Assembly (NCBI GenBank): GCA_040905565.1
Contig: JBBDRF010000059.1
Location: 1-12,770, forward strand
Source: Phycisphaeraceae bacterium
GTDB taxonomy: Bacteria; Planctomycetota; Phycisphaerae; Phycisphaerales; Zrk34
Length of the DNA: 12,770 bases
Direction of reading: 5' to 3'
Part shown: positions 9,196 to 12,770 of the stretch, one piece after another
Position numbering within the stretch: position 1 is the first letter of the stretch
Layout: the number at the start of each line of letters is the position of its first letter
Notes under the pieces: generated by a model
Seen by the model: only the letters and a program-made list of their open reading frames with translations
Database searches by the model: none
What the model was told of the DNA's origin: nothing
Position numbers and translations under genes: made by a program

Positions 9196-10080
9196 ATGCC
9201 CGTTTCAGACGATTCGATCAATCTACAGGATGCGTCGCAGGTGGTGGATTTATTTCACGCCGCCGCCGAGGCCAACCGCAACACCAGCACGCGGACCGGC
9301 TCGCTGGTCGATCTCCCCGCACGGGGCAGCATGATCGTCACCGGGGACATGCACGACCACCGCGACAACTTCAACAAGAGCGTCAAACTTGCCAGGCTGG
9401 CGCGGTCGGCCGACAACCACCTCGTGCTTCAGGAGGTGGTCCACGGGGCGAACCTCGTGAACGGGATGGACTTTTCGTATCGCATGCTGGCGCAGTCCGC
9501 CCGGCTGAAGCTTGAGTTTCCCGAGCAGGTGCACCATCTGCTTTCCAACCACGAACTGGCGCAGGTGTACGGCATGGGGATCCTCAAAGATTCCATCAGC
9601 GTCGTCGACGCCTTCGACGAAGGCCTGGCGTACGTGTTCGGTGAGGATGCTGAGCAGGTCGCCGCCGCGATGGCCGCGTTCGTAAAATCGATGGCCCTCG
9701 CCCTGCGCACCGGCAACGGCATCCTCGTCGCGCACTCGCTACCCACACCGCGCAAGGCAGAAGTGTTCGACCCCGACGTGCTTCATCGCTCCCTCACCGA
9801 ACACGACATGACCCACGAGGACGGCTCGGCCCACCTCATGGTCTGGGGCCGCAATCTCACGCAGGAATGGGCCGACGTGCTTGCGGAGAAGTGGAACGTG
9901 CGCCTCTTCCTCCTCGGTCATCAGCACGCCGACATGGGCTACGAAGAGTGTGGCGACACCATGCTCATCCTCAACTCCGACCACACCCACGGCGTCGCCC
10001 TCCCGGTCGATCTCGCCAACCAGGAACTCACGCGGGACGGCCTCGCCTTCGACGTACTTCCCCTCAACGCCATCGTTTAG
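9196..10080 (+). CDS. Calcineurin-like metallophosphoesterase with non-canonical motifs
   Basis: 294 aa. GDMH, VLQEVVH, LSNHE, VAHS and LGHQ occur in the expected order for the superfamily. GAGG SD upstream. Confidence 0.82.
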   Translation: MPVSDDSINLQDASQVVDLFHAAAEANRNTSTRTGSLVDLPARGSMIVTGDMHDHRDNFNKSVKLARLARSADNHLVLQEVVHGANLVNGMDFSYRMLAQSARLKLEFPEQVHHLLSNHELAQVYGMGILKDSISVVDAFDEGLAYVFGEDAEQVAAAMAAFVKSMALALRTGNGILVAHSLPTPRKAEVFDPDVLHRSLTEHDMTHEDGSAHLMVWGRNLTQEWADVLAEKWNVRLFLLGHQHADMGYEECGDTMLILNSDHTHGVALPVDLANQELTRDGLAFDVLPLNAIV

Positions 10081-10155
10081 AACATCACGCCCGTCGGCGT
10101 TGGCCGTGAAATGCGAACAACTTCCGCTGAATCCGCGTAATCTCCACCGCAACCG

Positions 10156-10185
10156 CTGACAGGTGCCCCTCCAAGCCCGTACAAT
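10156..10185 (+). promoter_or_regulatory. Putative sigma70-type promoter of exbB-exbD-TPR operon
   Basis: CTGACA (10156-10161), 18 nt, TACAAT (10180-10185). Confidence 0.55.
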
Positions 10186-10240
10186 GGGGCCCCTACCAAA
10201 CCGGCCCCCGGCCGCTGCCCACGGATGGAGTGCTTCGGCA

Positions 10241-11206
10241 ATGACCGCAAACAATTCTCGTGCTTCAAATGCGCCCCCCCGGTCGCCCCAGCCCCCCCGG
10301 TTCGTCTGGCGCTGGGTCGTTGTCGCTTGCCTCGTCGCCATCGTTGGCTTCGTGACGGCAGGCAACCTCGCCGCCGAGTCGCCGTCGACCGACGCGGCCG
10401 CTCAAGGTGAACCCGCCGCCGCACAGCCCGCCGAAACAGCAGGCGAAGCAGGCGCGGTCGTCATGGGCGAAGGCGTCCCCACCATCGCCGAACTGTACAT
10501 GACCAGCCCGTACATCAACTCGACGCTGCTGGTGATGAGCGTCATCGCCGTGCTGCTGTTTCTTTACATGCTCGCCACGGTGACCACCACCTCGTTCAGC
10601 CCGCCTCGCTTCGTGGACGATGTCACCCGCCTCGTGCTCAACAAACAATTCGAGCAGGCCATCCACCTGTGCCAGAGCCAGGCCGGCGTCTTCATCGCCA
10701 GCCCCGTTCAGCGTGTCGTGGAAAACCGCGACAAGCCCCACGGCGTCATCATCGACATCCTCCACGCCGAGGGCCGACGCCGAGGCGAAATGGTCTGGAA
10801 CCGCATCGGCTTCCTCAGCGAAATCTCCAACATCGCCCCCATGATCGGCCTCCTCGGCACCCTCGTCGGCATGATCAAAGTCTTCTTCACCCTCACCACC
10901 CGCACCACCGGCGAAACCGCCGCGGGCCTCTCCGAAGGCATCGCCGAGGCCATGTCCACCACCATGTTCGGCATCCTCGTCGCCATCGCCGCCGGCGTCT
11001 TCTACACCCTCATCCGCTCCCGGGCCGTCCGCGTGCTCGCCGAGACTGAGCAGATCTGCCACACCCTCGCCGACCACACCGTCCGCGTCGGCGCCGACCC
11101 CCGCATCAAGCGGATCGACGCCCTCGCCGACGCCGCCCGCCGCAAAGTCACCCGCTCCTCCGCCGAGCCCCACGCTCCCTCCGGCGCAGTCCCAGGCGAA
11201 GGCTGA
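10241..11206 (+). CDS. MotA/TolQ/ExbB proton channel family protein
   Basis: Motifs IAPMIGLLGTLVGMI and GIAEAMSTTMFGILVAI, with an N-terminal hydrophobic segment and Ala/Pro linker. Start placed at ATG 10241 (GGAG at 10227-10230, downstream of the promoter) rather than the track's 10163; the start is uncertain. Confidence 0.92.
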   Translation: MTANNSRASNAPPRSPQPPRFVWRWVVVACLVAIVGFVTAGNLAAESPSTDAAAQGEPAAAQPAETAGEAGAVVMGEGVPTIAELYMTSPYINSTLLVMSVIAVLLFLYMLATVTTTSFSPPRFVDDVTRLVLNKQFEQAIHLCQSQAGVFIASPVQRVVENRDKPHGVIIDILHAEGRRRGEMVWNRIGFLSEISNIAPMIGLLGTLVGMIKVFFTLTTRTTGETAAGLSEGIAEAMSTTMFGILVAIAAGVFYTLIRSRAVRVLAETEQICHTLADHTVRVGADPRIKRIDALADAARRKVTRSSAEPHAPSGAVPGEG

Positions 11207-11267
11207 TCACGCCCCTCGCGCCACGCCAAGCTGAATCCAACGTCACCATGGGTCGGAACATTCCCTC

Positions 11268-11699
11268 ATGAGCTTCACGCAACCCAAGCAGCCGCACCGC
11301 CGCAACGCCGTCCCGCTCGCGCCCATGCTCGACGTGATGTTTCTGCTGCTGATCTTCTTCGTCGTCACCGCCAGCTTCCGCGCCGAAGAGCATCAGATCG
11401 AGATCGACATCCCCTCCGCCGAAGCCGCCGAGCCGCACGCCGCCCAGCGTAGCGAGGTCATCGTCAACGTCCGTGAAGATGGCGCGATCCTCATCGGCGG
11501 GGCCGAGTACACCCCCGAGCGTCTGCAGGCTGTGCTCAAGCAGCTCGTCGCGGACAATCCCAACGAACGCGTCATCGTCCGAGGCGACAGCGCCTCGCGC
11601 TACGAACGCATCATCATGGTCGTCGACCTCGCCAGAGAGGCGGGCATTCGGCAGATCAACTTCGCCACCGTCAAACAGGCCGACCAAGTCGGAGGCTGA
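11268..11699 (+). CDS. ExbD/TolR family biopolymer transport protein
   Basis: 143 aa. TM motif LAPMLDVMFLLLIFFVVT with the conserved Asp. C-terminal VIVRGD...Y..II.VVDLAREAGI. Confidence 0.95.
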   Translation: MSFTQPKQPHRRNAVPLAPMLDVMFLLLIFFVVTASFRAEEHQIEIDIPSAEAAEPHAAQRSEVIVNVREDGAILIGGAEYTPERLQAVLKQLVADNPNERVIVRGDSASRYERIIMVVDLAREAGIRQINFATVKQADQVGG

Positions 11700-11704
11700 T
11701 CCTT

Positions 11705-12770
11705 ATGAACCTTCGCGCGCCGCTCGCATGCCTGCTCATCGCTTCGCTTCTGCTCGCCCTGCCCGCCCCGGCTTTCGCCGAGGCCGATCGGCAGTTCACC
11801 TTCGCCGCTCGCCTGATGCAGCAGGGTGAAAACGATCTCGCGCAGGAGGCGTTCGAAGAGTTCCTCAGTCGATTCCCCGACGACCGCCGCATCTCCGACG
11901 TCCGCTACTACATGGCCCTGCTCGCCCGGAAGGCCGGCAATCACGAACAGGCTGAGCGCCACCTCACCCACGTCGATGAGCTGCGCCACGTCAGCCCCGC
12001 CTCGCTCAACCTCCTCCGCGGTCAGCTTGCCCTGGAAGCGGGCGAAGCGGAACAGGCCATCGAGCACCTCGAAGCCATCAAGCCCGACAGCCTCGACGAC
12101 ACCGAAACCCGCGCCACCTGGCACTATCTCCTCGCCACCGCCTACCGCTCCGCTGACAACCTCGACGCCGCTGCGGATCACTTCGACCGCGCTTCCGATG
12201 CCGCCTCCTCCGTCCGCGCCACCGCCATCCTCGAGCTCGGCAAGACGCGCATGCAGCTGAACCAACCCATGGCCGCCCTCGAAGCGTTGCGGTCCGCCCT
12301 CGACGAATCCATTCCCACCGCCGAAGCCGCCGAGGCTCGCTACCTCGTCGCGTCGCTCGCTTATGACCAACGTCATTTCGACATGGCGATCGAATATTAC
12401 CAGCAGGTCACGCGTCAGCATCAGCGCTCCGATTACTACCGCCCCGCGGTCATCGGCCTGCTTCGAGCGATGGGGGCCGCAGAGCAGAATCAGGATTTGC
12501 TGGATCGCTACGAAAACAGCCGCAATCAGCTCGCCGCCGGCGATCAGGCCGAGGCGCTCTACCTCGCCGCCGCCGCCCACGTCCGCCTCGCCGAGTACGA
12601 CCAGGCCATCGCCCGGCTGCGTGATTTTCAGCGTCGTTACGATGCCGACCACGCCTTCGCCGGCCGCGTGAGTTACCTGCGTGCGGTGTGTTTGTATCAG
12701 ACGGATCTCGCTGCGTTCGAAGCATGGCTGGCCGAGCTTGATGCCGCCGAGTCCGAGGTCGCCCAACGGC
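11705..12770 (+). CDS. Exported tetratricopeptide-repeat protein (CpoB/BamD-like repeats), 3'-truncated by the window
   Basis: Not in the ORF track because it has no stop. Hand translation from ATG 11705: MNLRAPLACLLIASLLLALPAPAFA-EADRQFTFAARLMQQGENDLAQEAFEEFLSRFPDDRRISDVRYY... with an AFA signal cleavage site and repeated TPR-like units (AEARYLVASLAYDQRHFDMAIEYYQQV, AEALYLAAAAHVRLAEYDQAIARL). It starts 5 nt after the exbD stop and stays open to the end. Confidence 0.9.
   Translation, partial: MNLRAPLACLLIASLLLALPAPAFAEADRQFTFAARLMQQGENDLAQEAFEEFLSRFPDDRRISDVRYYMALLARKAGNHEQAERHLTHVDELRHVSPASLNLLRGQLALEAGEAEQAIEHLEAIKPDSLDDTETRATWHYLLATAYRSADNLDAAADHFDRASDAASSVRATAILELGKTRMQLNQPMAALEALRSALDESIPTAEAAEARYLVASLAYDQRHFDMAIEYYQQVTRQHQRSDYYRPAVIGLLRAMGAAEQNQDLLDRYENSRNQLAAGDQAEALYLAAAAHVRLAEYDQAIARLRDFQRRYDADHAFAGRVSYLRAVCLYQTDLAAFEAWLAELDAAESEVAQR

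Noticed and set aside
10163..10240. Longer N-terminus for ExbB from GTG 10163 or ATG 10184
   Set aside because: Both lie within the predicted promoter; ATG 10241 has a GGAG upstream.
10265..12766. Minus-strand ORFs of 302, 179 and 388 aa
   Set aside because: Gly/Val/Glu-rich mirrors of the C-rich exbB, exbD and TPR coding strands, which carry the real motifs.

Overview
High-GC bacterial chromosomal window. The gene content and repeat style suggest Planctomycetota, possibly Phycisphaerae, but that is inference. Minus strand: purC, an emfourin-like lipoprotein gene, a 104-aa hypothetical, a PQQ/BamB-like beta-propeller lipoprotein and purH. Plus strand: a GH10-fold protein lacking both catalytic glutamates, a stand-alone murG, an orphan OppD/DppD ATPase, an atypical metallophosphoesterase, exbB/tolQ, exbD/tolR and an exported TPR protein that runs off the window and is absent from the ORF track. 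The most striking structure is a 647-bp-period duplication. The emfourin-like gene is bracketed by ~94-bp direct repeats (3265-3359, 3912-4005), each holding the last codons of purC, a 52-bp REPIN-like double hairpin and the -35 box of the next promoter. This looks like a single-gene cassette integrated at the purC 3' end with no recombinase present. At least three REP-like palindrome families occupy the intergenic spaces. No tRNA, rRNA, CRISPR array or transposase was seen.
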